In this document: positions 37,845-48,318 of the stretch, one piece after another
How the letters are laid out: each line of letters begins with the position of its first letter
Position numbering within the stretch: the stretch's first letter is position 1
From: a virus
Taxonomy: Duplodnaviria; Caudoviricetes
Virus record (IMG/VR): IMGVR_UViG_3300018420_000025
Span: 1-52,665 of that record
Length of the DNA stretch: 52,665 bases
Reading direction: 5' to 3' (one strand)
The notes under the pieces: model-generated
What the model saw: only the letters and a program-made list of their open reading frames with translations
Told to the model about the DNA's origin: nothing
Databases searched by the model: none
Translations under genes and position numbers: made by a program

Positions 37845-39329
37845 TTATTTTAATAACATAAAGTTATTAGCACCTTGAGTAATTAAACATCTTTCAGTTA
37901 ACATATGCACTTGCATTGCGTCTAACGCAGTAGTAGCAGCACCAACAGAACCAGTAACCCAAGTTTTCATTCTTCGGTCATCAGTTTGTGAAGCTCTAAA
38001 TCTTACGTGTAAGAAAGGTCTTTTCATACTAGCTCCTACAGTTTGGTCATAAACTGAAGAAGTACCAGCAGGAATTAAGACACCTCTAATTGCATTAGCA
38101 GCGTTAGCATCGTTAATACTTCCTCTAGTAGCTTTGTCATTTAGGTATCTAAAATCAGATTTGTAGAAGTCATAAGAACCTCTTCTGAAACCAGAAAAAC
38201 CTAAATTTAACGCCATATCTTCAGAGTTGTTAAATACTCCGTAAGAAGTACCACCAGCTCCGTAAGAGTTCATTGAAGCTAACATATCATCAATAGCTAA
38301 ACTAGTTGATCTGTTAACAAACATCATATACTCTTCAATAGCTCCTTGCTTGTCAAACTCAGCAAGTATTGCATCAAACTCAGCTAAATCAGTAGCAGCA
38401 TTAACACCAGTAACACCAGTAGTAATATTACCTCTTGACTCAATAGCAGCGAATAAACCTTCAGTACCAAACGTATTACCAGCACCATTAATTAAAGTAT
38501 CAGCAGAACCAGCAGTATCACCGTTAACACTTTCTAACATTGACATTTCAATGTAGTCAGCAAAACGAGCTCTTGTGTCAGCTTCAGCTTTTAAATACCA
38601 TAAGTAACCTGATTGTCCAGTTTCAGAAGAAATTTCTACCCAACCAATTCTTGACGCATCAGAACCTGATACTTCGTAGTAATCTTTCATAATAATAGGT
38701 TTATTAGAAAAAGATTTGAAAGTAGGTTCGTTAGCACCTCTTTGATTAGTATCAGCTGCAGAAGCATCGTGATAATTAGTACCTTTACCAAATTCAGAAC
38801 CATAAACTAATATAGTAGTAGTTTGGTTAGTGTTCAAAGCGGTAATAGTAGAGTTGTCATAAGTAGCTACAGTAATATCGTCTGTAGATACAGCTGTAAC
38901 AAGACATTTAGTAACACCATTAGCATCAGCTAAAATAACAGTATCGTTAACTCTAATACCGTGTCTAACTTCTCCAGTATGTCCATTAGAAATACCTGAG
39001 TTATCAGAATCAGCACCGTCAATATCAGCTTGAACTAAAAATGATGTTGAATCAGTCATTTTACCTTTGTAAGAAAGGTGTAATCTACCTTGTTCAGACC
39101 ATACTACTTGATCAGCAGTCATAGCCTCTTCTGCACCAACTTGAGCAAGGAAACCAGAAATTGTACGAGGTCCAAAAACCTCAGCTTCTTTTTCCATCAA
39201 GTCTGGCAGGTATTGCTGTGCCCAACCTTCATTGGCTGTACCAGCAAGGTCTAAGTAGTTTGAAGCTAGCGCTTGCTGTCTTTGAGCAGGCACGCTATTC
39301 AACAAACCACCAGGATTTGAAATTGCCAT
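37845..39329 (-). CDS. Major capsid protein
   Basis: 494 aa after portal and scaffold, followed by a strong terminator; WSEQGRLH, IMKDYYEVSGSD, TEGLFAAI, GFRRGSYDF. Confidence 0.85.
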   Translation of the reverse strand: MAISNPGGLLNSVPAQRQQALASNYLDLAGTANEGWAQQYLPDLMEKEAEVFGPRTISGFLAQVGAEEAMTADQVVWSEQGRLHLSYKGKMTDSTSFLVQADIDGADSDNSGISNGHTGEVRHGIRVNDTVILADANGVTKCLVTAVSTDDITVATYDNSTITALNTNQTTTILVYGSEFGKGTNYHDASAADTNQRGANEPTFKSFSNKPIIMKDYYEVSGSDASRIGWVEISSETGQSGYLWYLKAEADTRARFADYIEMSMLESVNGDTAGSADTLINGAGNTFGTEGLFAAIESRGNITTGVTGVNAATDLAEFDAILAEFDKQGAIEEYMMFVNRSTSLAIDDMLASMNSYGAGGTSYGVFNNSEDMALNLGFSGFRRGSYDFYKSDFRYLNDKATRGSINDANAANAIRGVLIPAGTSSVYDQTVGASMKRPFLHVRFRASQTDDRRMKTWVTGSVGAATTALDAMQVHMLTERCLITQGANNFMLLK

Positions 39330-39349
39330 AATTTTGTAATTTTAAATTG

Positions 39350-40528
39350 TTATTTATTGTTTTTAATTTTAAACTTAAAATCAGAAGAATTATTACCTAA
39401 TACTTTTACTTTCATACCTCCAACATTAATCTCTCCGTGAGCTTGTCTTGGATTCATATCAATATTTTTAGCTTTAGCAACGCTTGCTTTCATAGCATCA
39501 GCTTTACCTTGTTCGTAAAAGTGTTTTGCAATAGCATCAGCATTCATAGCTGTAAAAAGTGATTTATGATAACCTTTAGCGTCTGATAATGTAGCGTTTT
39601 TATCTAAAAACTTTTTAGTAAAATTGCTTATATCGCTTTGTGCTGTCTTAACTTCTTCAGCATTGTTTACATTAAATCTAAATTTTTTATCACCGACGTT
39701 ATATTCAAAACCTTTGAACTTATCGTTAAAAACTTTATTAGTCTTTAATTTAAAAACTTCAGATTGTGTTTTTGCTATTTTTTTATTTTCTTCCGACTCT
39801 TTGTTATATCTATTAAAAAAATCCCAAGCTTTTTGTTGTTCAGGCGTAAGCTTTGAACCAGCTTTGATTTCTTCATAGTATCTGGACTTTTGCCCGTCCA
39901 AGTGGCTTCTAGCGCTGGCAACTTGCTCTTTAAACGCTAGTTTTTTTCTTTTTATTTCTCTATCAGAATCTTCTTCTTCGTCTACTTTAAAAGTATCTTC
40001 CATTAAGAAATTTATTTCATCGTTAGTTAAATGTGGTTTTGTTTGTTTATAATATTCAAACACAACATCGCTATCATTTAACTTACTATAATCTTGATTA
40101 AGTTTTACGTAATCATTTATATCACCACCAGTTTCTTCCATAAAGTCAACTAACTTTTGAATATTTTCTGGTATTGGTTTACCAGTAGCTTCTGCTTCTG
40201 CAATAGCTTCTTCAACTTTTTCTTCTACTTCCGCTACTTCTTCTTCAGTTGAATCTTCAGTCACTTCTTCTAATACTGTTGTTTCTTCTTGTGCTTCAGC
40301 TTCCGGTTGTATTTCTTTTTGTTCTTGTGTGGACTCGGCATTTTCAGGCTCTGTAACCACTCCGCTGTCGTCAGCGTTATCTTCTTTAGTTTCATTTTCT
40401 TCTGGTTTAATTGGTTTATCTAAATTTACTTTTATAACGTTATCATCTTGTTTTGATTTTTTAACTTTAACTTTAGTAACGTTTTCTTGTGTAGTTTCTT
40501 CAACTACGTTTTCATTTTTTTCTTCCAT
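39350..40528 (-). CDS. Capsid scaffolding protein
   Basis: Very acidic disordered N-terminal half, coiled-coil C-terminal half, between portal and capsid. Confidence 0.75.
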   Translation of the reverse strand: MEEKNENVVEETTQENVTKVKVKKSKQDDNVIKVNLDKPIKPEENETKEDNADDSGVVTEPENAESTQEQKEIQPEAEAQEETTVLEEVTEDSTEEEVAEVEEKVEEAIAEAEATGKPIPENIQKLVDFMEETGGDINDYVKLNQDYSKLNDSDVVFEYYKQTKPHLTNDEINFLMEDTFKVDEEEDSDREIKRKKLAFKEQVASARSHLDGQKSRYYEEIKAGSKLTPEQQKAWDFFNRYNKESEENKKIAKTQSEVFKLKTNKVFNDKFKGFEYNVGDKKFRFNVNNAEEVKTAQSDISNFTKKFLDKNATLSDAKGYHKSLFTAMNADAIAKHFYEQGKADAMKASVAKAKNIDMNPRQAHGEINVGGMKVKVLGNNSSDFKFKIKNNK

Positions 40529-40555
40529 AATATAATATAATAATAATTAATAATT

Positions 40556-42973
40556 TTATCTAGGATCAAACACGCCTAAATCAAAACCACTTCCTAGTAT
40601 ATCATTACCTGCTGACTCAAAGTTTTTAGGTGGTTTATCAGCTTTTCTTTGATCAATCATTTCGCTTTGTTGCGTTGCTTGAATCCTTGTTCTTTCATCT
40701 TTACGATCTTCTTTTTCTTTCTCTACAGATTTTTTTGATTTAGCTTCTACATCTTTTAACTGCATGTTATATTGAAACTCTAAAGCCATTAACTCTTTTT
40801 TATAAGCTACTTCTTGTTCCATTTTTTGAGCTTCTATTTGAGCTTTTGCTTGCTCTAGCATAACTTCGTTTTCAGAAATTATTTTACTTTTTTGAACATC
40901 AAGTTGAGCTTTAGCTTGAGCAGCCTGCGTATTAGACTGTGTTTGTGCCTGTATGTTTTCTAACTGCATCTGCCTGTCTCGCTCTTGTTTTTTCTTTCTA
41001 CGTAGTTTTAATATTTTGTTTGCTAGTTTTACATTGTTTATTTCTCTAACATCGATAGCATCTTCTAACTCTATACTTTGTTTTGATAAAGCTTGTTGTA
41101 TATTATTTTCTAGTAACATTTTTTCTTCTTCATCTGGTTGTAATTGTATAAATATACCAAAATCGTATAAGTATAAACTAGATATTTCTTCTAACGTAGC
41201 AACGTTATGAACACCTATAGCTTGAACAAAAGCGTCTGCTGTTGGTGAATATTCTAATATATCAGAAATTCTAAGGGACAAACACTCTGCTGTTTCAGCC
41301 GTTAAAAATAAACCAGCTTGCAGTATATGTCTTGTTGCTGTGTTACTATTAGCAGCAGCTAATTTTTGCACACCAACTAAAGCGTTTTTATCTGGCATAC
41401 TACCATCTCTAGCTTCGTTAAGCCCGGTAGTATCTCTAATCATTTGTAAATAATAATTATAATTAGCTATAAGAGCTTGCATTTTATTACCACCACTACC
41501 ACTAGTTATTTCTTGTATTGGTACTTTGCCAGGGTTTAAATCACCATCTTGCGTGAACGATCTACCGATAACACTACCTGTTTGGAAAAACATATTTAAA
41601 GCTTCTTGCGGATTATAGTTTGTACCGTTACCTAAATCTATTTCAGCTAAACCATCAGCATCTAAATAAACACCATCTGGTACCATGCGCGACATTACTT
41701 GCTGTAGCTTTAAATGCGTAAGCTGTATCATATCAGCAAAACCAGTTATTCTACCAACTAAAGATTCTATTTTACCTTCGTATATACGTGGAGCTACTAT
41801 ACTATAGTTCATTTTAACTTTAGTGTAATCACTTTTAGGTCTAAGCATGTTTCTTGCCATCTCCCATTTTAAAAGTTTATTAGTACCTAGTATTATAGCG
41901 CCATCATATAAAACTTCTATAGACCTTTGTAATTTAGCGTATTGACCTTCTTTATTTTCAGGTGGATTAAATTGATCGTCTTTTTGAATTATTTTATCAG
42001 CACCAGTACCAGTTTCTTTAACCTTATAAACTTCGTTCATATAAGTTTTATAATTAAAATATAAAACTTGTATTGTGTTAGTATCTTCTTTGTCTTTAGT
42101 ATAATTATTGTTATAATTAGATCTGTAAAAAGATTTATTTTTCATTATCTCATCAAGATCTTCGTGCTCTAAAAAAGGAAACTCTTTTGCTAGTTCATTA
42201 ACAGGTATATGTTTTACTTCACCAACATAATATATATCTTCAAAATAGGGTGAATCTGTATATGAATAAACAAGGTTTGCTGGATCTACATACTCAACAA
42301 TAGCACCTTCTGAAGTATTAAAACTAGTTTTAACAGCACCAATACCTAGAACTGTTAAATCATAATAAAAACGTTTTTTAATTAATTCATAGTTACTACC
42401 TTCTAACAACATGTTAATACCTTGCTCTTGAGCTAATTCGATAGCTTGCTTATATGATAGTTGCATGTGTAATGCTAACTCTTCTTCTGACTCGGGTAAT
42501 TTAGAAGGATCGTTTTCATATAAATCAACACCAAACTTTTCTTTTGCAGAATCATTAAAGTCTCTAGTGTTCATGTCTTTTAACAAAGACTCCATATAAG
42601 CTGTTCTTTGATAAGCTCCATATTGATCTTGAGAAAAAGCTGTTACATCATAAGTTCTTTCAGCTATACCATTTACAACTATATCTACAAACTTAGGTAT
42701 AATAGGAACAGGCGTCCAATCTAAATTTAAATAAGATAAATCACCGTTAATAGATAATTCATCTTTATATTTTTGTATTGACTGCTCACCTCTTGCATAC
42801 AATCTTAATCTATGAAAGTCATTACGACTATTCATATATCTATTTAAGTTTCTATCATTATTAAACCACTCTGCCTCTATAGCTTTAGCGACTTTTAAAC
42901 CATAGTCATAACTTAACTTTTCAGCATCACTTACAACTTGACTAGGAAAATAACTTTTATTAGAATATCCCAT
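40556..42973 (-). CDS. Portal protein
   Basis: 805 aa directly after terminase; PIIPKFVDIVVNG, TGLNEARDG, Gln-rich C-terminal coiled coil. Confidence 0.85.
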   Translation of the reverse strand: MGYSNKSYFPSQVVSDAEKLSYDYGLKVAKAIEAEWFNNDRNLNRYMNSRNDFHRLRLYARGEQSIQKYKDELSINGDLSYLNLDWTPVPIIPKFVDIVVNGIAERTYDVTAFSQDQYGAYQRTAYMESLLKDMNTRDFNDSAKEKFGVDLYENDPSKLPESEEELALHMQLSYKQAIELAQEQGINMLLEGSNYELIKKRFYYDLTVLGIGAVKTSFNTSEGAIVEYVDPANLVYSYTDSPYFEDIYYVGEVKHIPVNELAKEFPFLEHEDLDEIMKNKSFYRSNYNNNYTKDKEDTNTIQVLYFNYKTYMNEVYKVKETGTGADKIIQKDDQFNPPENKEGQYAKLQRSIEVLYDGAIILGTNKLLKWEMARNMLRPKSDYTKVKMNYSIVAPRIYEGKIESLVGRITGFADMIQLTHLKLQQVMSRMVPDGVYLDADGLAEIDLGNGTNYNPQEALNMFFQTGSVIGRSFTQDGDLNPGKVPIQEITSGSGGNKMQALIANYNYYLQMIRDTTGLNEARDGSMPDKNALVGVQKLAAANSNTATRHILQAGLFLTAETAECLSLRISDILEYSPTADAFVQAIGVHNVATLEEISSLYLYDFGIFIQLQPDEEEKMLLENNIQQALSKQSIELEDAIDVREINNVKLANKILKLRRKKKQERDRQMQLENIQAQTQSNTQAAQAKAQLDVQKSKIISENEVMLEQAKAQIEAQKMEQEVAYKKELMALEFQYNMQLKDVEAKSKKSVEKEKEDRKDERTRIQATQQSEMIDQRKADKPPKNFESAGNDILGSGFDLGVFDPR

Positions 42974-42975
42974 AT

Positions 42976-45192
42976 TTATTCTTTGATTATTTGAGACATA
43001 TTTCCATTGTTTGAAAACTTAGAAATATGTATATTTAATTTTGGTTTTTCAATTTTAACGTTTGGCGCATACAAATGTCTATTACAAGCCATTATAGCTA
43101 ATCCACTACTTATCGTAGCATCAAACTTTGTTCTTTTATTTATGTCAAACTTAGCCCAATCGTTTAATAATTTATTAAAATAAAGATCTCCATAGCTTCC
43201 ATCTTGTTTCATACCTACGTGATCTTGTATATACATTTCAATAGCAGCTGCATGAGCTTGTTTTATATCTTCACTAGAGTTTGGTATACCACCTATTTCT
43301 TTTTCAGCAACAGATAACTTGTTCCAAACTTTATCTGGTCTGTTCATACTAAAACCTCTGTAGCCTCTACGTCTTAAATAGTATAATAATCTAGGTTTAT
43401 TATTTTCTGCTAGTATTGGCATACCATAAAATACTAATGCCATTAATACATCTTCAAAAAATATTTCAGCCGTAGGTGGTCTTGATAAGTATTCTAAAAA
43501 GAAGCTGTTAGCAGGAGCGTCCTCCATGCTGAACTTAGTTAGTCCGTGAAGTGCTCCTTTTGAACCTTCACCATCTACGGTCCCGGATATATCATATGAG
43601 TCACAACCAAAAGCGCCCATGTGTTCATTGCCAGGGTATTTAATACCGTTCTTAATTACCACTCTATTTTGTAGTTGTTGTTTAGGTGTCCAGCTAATTT
43701 TAAATCTACCTTTTGGATCTGGATAAAATATAACACTAGTATCTTTAATACCATTAACCCAAGCAAAGTTACCTTGTGTTACACCTAAGCTACTACTTAG
43801 TTCTTCATTGTAATCTATTTGTTCATATATTTTTACTAAGTTAAATATACTGTTTTTTGTTTCATCTCTAAATGCATGTTCTTCAGTACGTGGAAACTGG
43901 CGGTAAAATTCATTTAAAGCATCTTGATCATCTTTTAAACCATCAGCTTCATTTTGCCAGTTATCTATTACACCTACGTCTATTAGTTCACCGTCTGGGG
44001 CGAAGACATCTGTGTCAGGTGTAGTAAATACTGGAACTCCGTACTCATCAATAAATCCTTCGTAGTTCCATTCCATTGGGATAAACAAAGAGTATAAACC
44101 AGACTTTGTTTGGCCATTTCTATTTCTCTTAGTGACATCGGATGCGTTATATAGTTTTTTAAAATTGTCTCCACCTTTATCTAATGAGTTTGAAGTCGAG
44201 CCCATCATACATTTACCTACTATTCTACTACCTAATCGTAAACATGTTTTAGTTACTCGCCAGTTATTTAATATGTTATCAGGTCTTTCCCACTTACCGC
44301 TTTCATCGTGTACTAGCAAGTTTAACTTTTCACCGTCATAACTATTATCACCTGTGTTTTTCCAGTCAATAGTTGTATCTAAACCTTCTAAGTGTTCAAC
44401 TTGTTCGTTAGCTGTTATCTTTTTTCTCGTAAATTTACTGGCTGGTACTCTATACGCAAGCTCTGATTTTGGCCTGTCCATACCATCTTGTATTGGTTTA
44501 AAGAAAAACGGGTAGTTAATACTAATTGGTACTACTTTATCTGTAAACATTTTTTTAGCATCAGCACCTGTTTTAGATAATATACCAAATCTACTATCAC
44601 TCGCCAATGTAGCTAAATTAACTGTTTCAGCAGATGACATAAAGCTAAAACCGCTACGACGATTTTTAAGATAACACATACCATAACATCGTTTGTCTGC
44701 TTTACAAGCTTCCCAGAATATATAAAATAATCTATTAGCCTCTCTAAAGTCTGGCGCACCTACATCTATTTTACTCCATTGTAAATACATGTAGTGCGCG
44801 CCTGTTATGTATGTTGGCTTGTTGTTATTTATAAACCAAAAGCCTTCGTCTCTACGTTTAAACTCTTCGTCTATATAATCAAACCATTTGTCTTTTTGCT
44901 CTTCTGGATATGCTCTCCAGTCAAATATATTTTTAAGCCTTGATAATTCTTTTGGTTGTTCTTGTTTTACCCACTTATTTAGCTTATGTGCTTGCAATTG
45001 CACTGGTCGTTTTGGCAACGCAATTCGCAAATTTTGTATCTCAAGTATTTCACCGATTCTACCAGTTTTTGATATAACGATAATATCGTGTTCTTTATTA
45101 TATCCATATTTCCATTTTTTAGATTTATTAAGTCTACTAATTGTAGTTTTTTTTACAGGCTCTATAACCTTAACTAAACTTTGCTCGTACAT
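42976..45192 (-). CDS. terL: Terminase large subunit
   Basis: LKNRRSGFS (Walker A-like), LLVHDESGK (Walker B), MGST coupling motif, FGCDSYD and FDATIS nuclease aspartates. Confidence 0.9.
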   Translation of the reverse strand: MYEQSLVKVIEPVKKTTISRLNKSKKWKYGYNKEHDIIVISKTGRIGEILEIQNLRIALPKRPVQLQAHKLNKWVKQEQPKELSRLKNIFDWRAYPEEQKDKWFDYIDEEFKRRDEGFWFINNNKPTYITGAHYMYLQWSKIDVGAPDFREANRLFYIFWEACKADKRCYGMCYLKNRRSGFSFMSSAETVNLATLASDSRFGILSKTGADAKKMFTDKVVPISINYPFFFKPIQDGMDRPKSELAYRVPASKFTRKKITANEQVEHLEGLDTTIDWKNTGDNSYDGEKLNLLVHDESGKWERPDNILNNWRVTKTCLRLGSRIVGKCMMGSTSNSLDKGGDNFKKLYNASDVTKRNRNGQTKSGLYSLFIPMEWNYEGFIDEYGVPVFTTPDTDVFAPDGELIDVGVIDNWQNEADGLKDDQDALNEFYRQFPRTEEHAFRDETKNSIFNLVKIYEQIDYNEELSSSLGVTQGNFAWVNGIKDTSVIFYPDPKGRFKISWTPKQQLQNRVVIKNGIKYPGNEHMGAFGCDSYDISGTVDGEGSKGALHGLTKFSMEDAPANSFFLEYLSRPPTAEIFFEDVLMALVFYGMPILAENNKPRLLYYLRRRGYRGFSMNRPDKVWNKLSVAEKEIGGIPNSSEDIKQAHAAAIEMYIQDHVGMKQDGSYGDLYFNKLLNDWAKFDINKRTKFDATISSGLAIMACNRHLYAPNVKIEKPKLNIHISKFSNNGNMSQIIKE

Positions 45193-45470
45193 TACTTAGA
45201 TCTACCTTCTGCGAATCCTTTAAAGACTTTTTCCTTTCTCTCTTCAGGTGCTTTGCCCTCAAGCAAGTTTTCTTCTTCTTGTATTCTGTTAAGTATTTCA
45301 AACGCGTCAAATATAGCTAGTTTTTTAGTAGCTGCAGCGTTTTTTAGTCTATCAGCAGAAACATCATCTTCTGTATTAGTAATAATTTTTTCTCTAGCTA
45401 CATTGATAAGTTCTTCAACCGCTCTGTGCCCAGCTTGGATTATAAGTTTCTTCGTTTCCTTGATATTCAT
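45192..45470 (-). CDS. Small helical protein, possible terminase small subunit
   Basis: 92 aa helical; TAATG coupling to terL. Confidence 0.5.
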   Translation of the reverse strand: MNIKETKKLIIQAGHRAVEELINVAREKIITNTEDDVSADRLKNAAATKKLAIFDAFEILNRIQEEENLLEGKAPEERKEKVFKGFAEGRSK

Positions 45471-46002
45471 ATTTAATTGTAATAAATTTAGATAAAACTC
45501 TATATAATTTTTGTCCGTCTATTACGAACTCATATTCGCTGTTAGGTCTAAAACCAACTAAATCACCTTTGTTAAAACCTTTATCAGCGTATTCTATTAC
45601 ACCCATTAATGGTTGTTCTTGATCAATGTTAAACTTATCAAAACTTTTTATTGGTTTTACAAAACAATAACCAGGCATTGGTTTCCACTGTTTATCGTAA
45701 TAAGCAAATATTTGATCTTGTGATATAATATAAGTATCTTTTTTAAAATAGTTTCTGCTATTTTTCTCTATACCTTTCATGTTGTGCCATCTGCGAAAAA
45801 CATTATGATGCACTATTATTTTGCTACCAGATTTTATATTGCTGTAGTTAATCAAAGGCATAGATATAACTTCTGCTTCACGGTTAATATACTGATGATT
45901 AAATATTTCAGTGTTAAGTATTAAATCTTTATCACCAACTTTTTTACTATTATTATATCTACCACCTTTTGGTTTTACAACGTAGTTGTAAACGCTTCTC
46001 AT
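45415..46002 (-). CDS. GroES-like (double-domain) co-chaperonin-fold protein
   Basis: Two half-repeats: YVVKP...AEVIS...IKSGSKIIV and CFVKP...GVIEY...FNKGDLVGF...EFVIDGQKLYRV. Confidence 0.55.
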   Translation of the reverse strand: MRSVYNYVVKPKGGRYNNSKKVGDKDLILNTEIFNHQYINREAEVISMPLINYSNIKSGSKIIVHHNVFRRWHNMKGIEKNSRNYFKKDTYIISQDQIFAYYDKQWKPMPGYCFVKPIKSFDKFNIDQEQPLMGVIEYADKGFNKGDLVGFRPNSEYEFVIDGQKLYRVLSKFITIKYEYQGNEETYNPSWAQSG

Positions 46003-46223
46003 TAGTACTCTAGATTATATTCTACAGACACAGCCATGTTTTTATTAAAGTCTTTCCAAGGTAATACATTTTTATTTTTTCTAATATAAATAGAATACTT
46101 ATCTTCTTCTTCTAATATATCACAAATAGTATGACCGCCGTAAACTTCTTGACCAACTGCATAGTGCATGGCGTCGTTTTTATAGTCTTTACCTATACTA
46201 ATCTTTCTTATCAGCTTCGCCAT
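46002..46223 (-). CDS. Hypothetical protein
   Basis: 73 aa, coupled to both neighbours. Confidence 0.7.
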   Translation of the reverse strand: MAKLIRKISIGKDYKNDAMHYAVGQEVYGGHTICDILEEEDKYSIYIRKNKNVLPWKDFNKNMAVSVEYNLEY

Positions 46224-46494
46224 TTTCTGGATAGTTTATTGTTCCGTCTTCAATATTAATATCAAATGTACCATAATCTTTTTCAAACTCACTTTGTAAT
46301 ATAGTTATTTGATCGTTAATACCAGCTATGTTATGAAGAGCGTTGTGTTTTCTTGATTCCATAATACCAACTTCCATTTGAAGCTTGTTTACGCTACTTA
46401 TTAAACCTTGAACTTTTTTTAACTGCTCGTCAGTAATTTTTTCAGGTTTAACGCCTTTTAATTCTTTAATTTTTTTACTTGTGTTTTTTGCCAT
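46198..46494 (-). CDS. Hypothetical coiled-coil protein
   Basis: 98 aa, heptad pattern, C-terminal YGTFDINIEDGTI. Confidence 0.7.
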   Translation of the reverse strand: MAKNTSKKIKELKGVKPEKITDEQLKKVQGLISSVNKLQMEVGIMESRKHNALHNIAGINDQITILQSEFEKDYGTFDINIEDGTINYPENGEADKKD

Positions 46495-46518
46495 TTTATT
46501 TAATTTAATTGTTAATAT

Positions 46519-47232
46519 TTATCCTACACTAACTAAGTAGTTATATAGCTCATTTCTTTCAGAAGTACTAAGCGAGTCGTTACAAACAACAACTTCATAC
46601 CAGTTAGATTTATTTGTAGGTTTACCCATACCGTTTAAACCTATCGCTGTAGACGTAGCTACATTTAAACTATCACCATCAGCAGCTGTACCAGCAACAT
46701 TATCTTTGTAGATGGCAAGATCACCATTAGAAGCTCTTTCAAACCCTACAACAAAATCTACACCAATTCCTATTTCGTTAATAGTAAAATCATGTCTAGT
46801 ACCTATTTTTATACGACCTTGAGTAGTGTTAAATAATTTTAAGAAATCACCACCAGTACCATCCATTAAATCATCAGAGCTAATTACATTTGTTCCACTA
46901 CCTCCTGCCCAGTTTATTTTAAAATAAATAGCAAAAGTTCCTAAAGACAAAGGAGAACTAAACACTATGTCATCGTCTACTGTTTGAAATAAAATTGTAC
47001 CATCACTTTGCAACTGTGGCATATCTGTAGCATCGTTTATTACTGTAGGTCGCGCGTTGTTTGAGCCTTTTTGATCAGCCCAACCAGTTACAGCGTTAGC
47101 GTCACCACCTACTTCGTCTACAGTGATACCAGTATTAAACTTATACCAATGTATTAGTTTACTACCAAGATTTGTTGGAGCCCAACCACCTGGGTATTGA
47201 TTAGCAGTTATACTATTACCTAAACCTAACAT
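46519..47232 (-). CDS. LamG/concanavalin-A-like beta-sandwich protein, probable virion appendage
   Basis: MLGLGNSI start, W-x-P...HWY, VTGWADQKG, EVVVCNDSLSTSERNELYNYL. Confidence 0.6.
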   Translation of the reverse strand: MLGLGNSITANQYPGGWAPTNLGSKLIHWYKFNTGITVDEVGGDANAVTGWADQKGSNNARPTVINDATDMPQLQSDGTILFQTVDDDIVFSSPLSLGTFAIYFKINWAGGSGTNVISSDDLMDGTGGDFLKLFNTTQGRIKIGTRHDFTINEIGIGVDFVVGFERASNGDLAIYKDNVAGTAADGDSLNVATSTAIGLNGMGKPTNKSNWYEVVVCNDSLSTSERNELYNYLVSVG

Positions 47233-47567
47233 TATTCTCCAAAGTAACAGATTATACCATTATCGTTTGCAGCATTCATTGTTACTGAACTAAATCTACC
47301 ATATATTGTTACTCCTTTAGGAAAAGTAACACTAGTATCTATTACAACACTATTGTTAGCTGTGTTTGCGGTGGTTCCTGTACCAAAATAAGTATCAGCG
47401 CCGTAAACTTGTTCTGGTACTAAAGCAGATAATACTATGTCATCTAAAAATGTAATAGCTACTATAACTTTACCAGTTGGAGGTGTTAAAGCGCTAGATC
47501 CAGCTTGTAAGTGACCACTACCAAGTTGACCAAAGCCGTATGCTACTTCTGTTGAATTTTGTCCCAT
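47232..47567 (-). CDS. Small putative structural protein
   Basis: 111 aa, IVAITFLDD and FPKGVTIYGRF beta motifs. Confidence 0.55.
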   Translation of the reverse strand: MGQNSTEVAYGFGQLGSGHLQAGSSALTPPTGKVIVAITFLDDIVLSALVPEQVYGADTYFGTGTTANTANNSVVIDTSVTFPKGVTIYGRFSSVTMNAANDNGIICYFGE

Positions 47568-47953
47568 TATTTTTTTACTTTTTCTAGTGATCTACCGCCA
47601 AAATAAGCACCGATCACTGTTATTAATACTAATTGCAATAAGTCTGTCCATTTGTCTTGTACTTGAAATGTAATAACACCAGCATCGATAAATATTAATA
47701 ATACTGTTGCTACTACTAAAAATACTAAGACTAATGGTCTTATATTTTTACTTAACCATGAATCACTGTTCATGTCTAACTTCCATCTCTCTGTTACTTG
47801 CTTTTGCATCTCAGCTTCGTAACCCATAATCATATCTTTAATTTTTCTTTCAGCATCTAGTTTTTCTTCTGCAGATGTATGTAAGTTATCTATAACTCCA
47901 CCTACGTTTTTAACTAGCTCTGCTGTTCCTTTTGATAATAAATTTCCTATCAT
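47567..47953 (-). CDS. Holin (3TM/GTA-holin-like family)
   Basis: DMNSDSWLSKNIRP, two clear TM helices, GAYFGGRSLEK with basic tail. Confidence 0.8.
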   Translation of the reverse strand: MIGNLLSKGTAELVKNVGGVIDNLHTSAEEKLDAERKIKDMIMGYEAEMQKQVTERWKLDMNSDSWLSKNIRPLVLVFLVVATVLLIFIDAGVITFQVQDKWTDLLQLVLITVIGAYFGGRSLEKVKK

Positions 47954-47963
47954 ATTTTAATTT

Positions 47964-48308
47964 TTAATATCCACCGCCGCCTCCACCAGAAGGTGTTGAA
48001 GCTGGAGGTGTGTATATTGGTTGTTGTACAGGTTGTGGTGTTTGCACAGGTTGAGCAACTGGTTGCGCAATAGGCTGTACTGGTTGTATTGGTTGTGCAG
48101 TTTGCATTGGTTGCATTATTTGCATGTCATCTTTTCTAACTACAAACACTTTTTGTAATTCAATGTGATTTTCACCTGACATCCATCCTTTTCTTCCATT
48201 AAAAAAATGAACGTGAGTTCCTTTTAATTTAAACTTTTCACCCCAACGCAGCGCTTCCCACTCAGCGCTAAATAAAGGTATTCCATCAATTTTAGTTAGT
48301 ATACCCAT
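47964..48308 (-). CDS. Hypothetical protein with His-containing domain and Gln-Pro repeat tail
   Basis: THVH...WMSGENH followed by (QP[VIM])n and GGGGGGY. Confidence 0.65.
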   Translation of the reverse strand: MGILTKIDGIPLFSAEWEALRWGEKFKLKGTHVHFFNGRKGWMSGENHIELQKVFVVRKDDMQIMQPMQTAQPIQPVQPIAQPVAQPVQTPQPVQQPIYTPPASTPSGGGGGGY

Positions 48309-48318
48309 TTATTATTAT

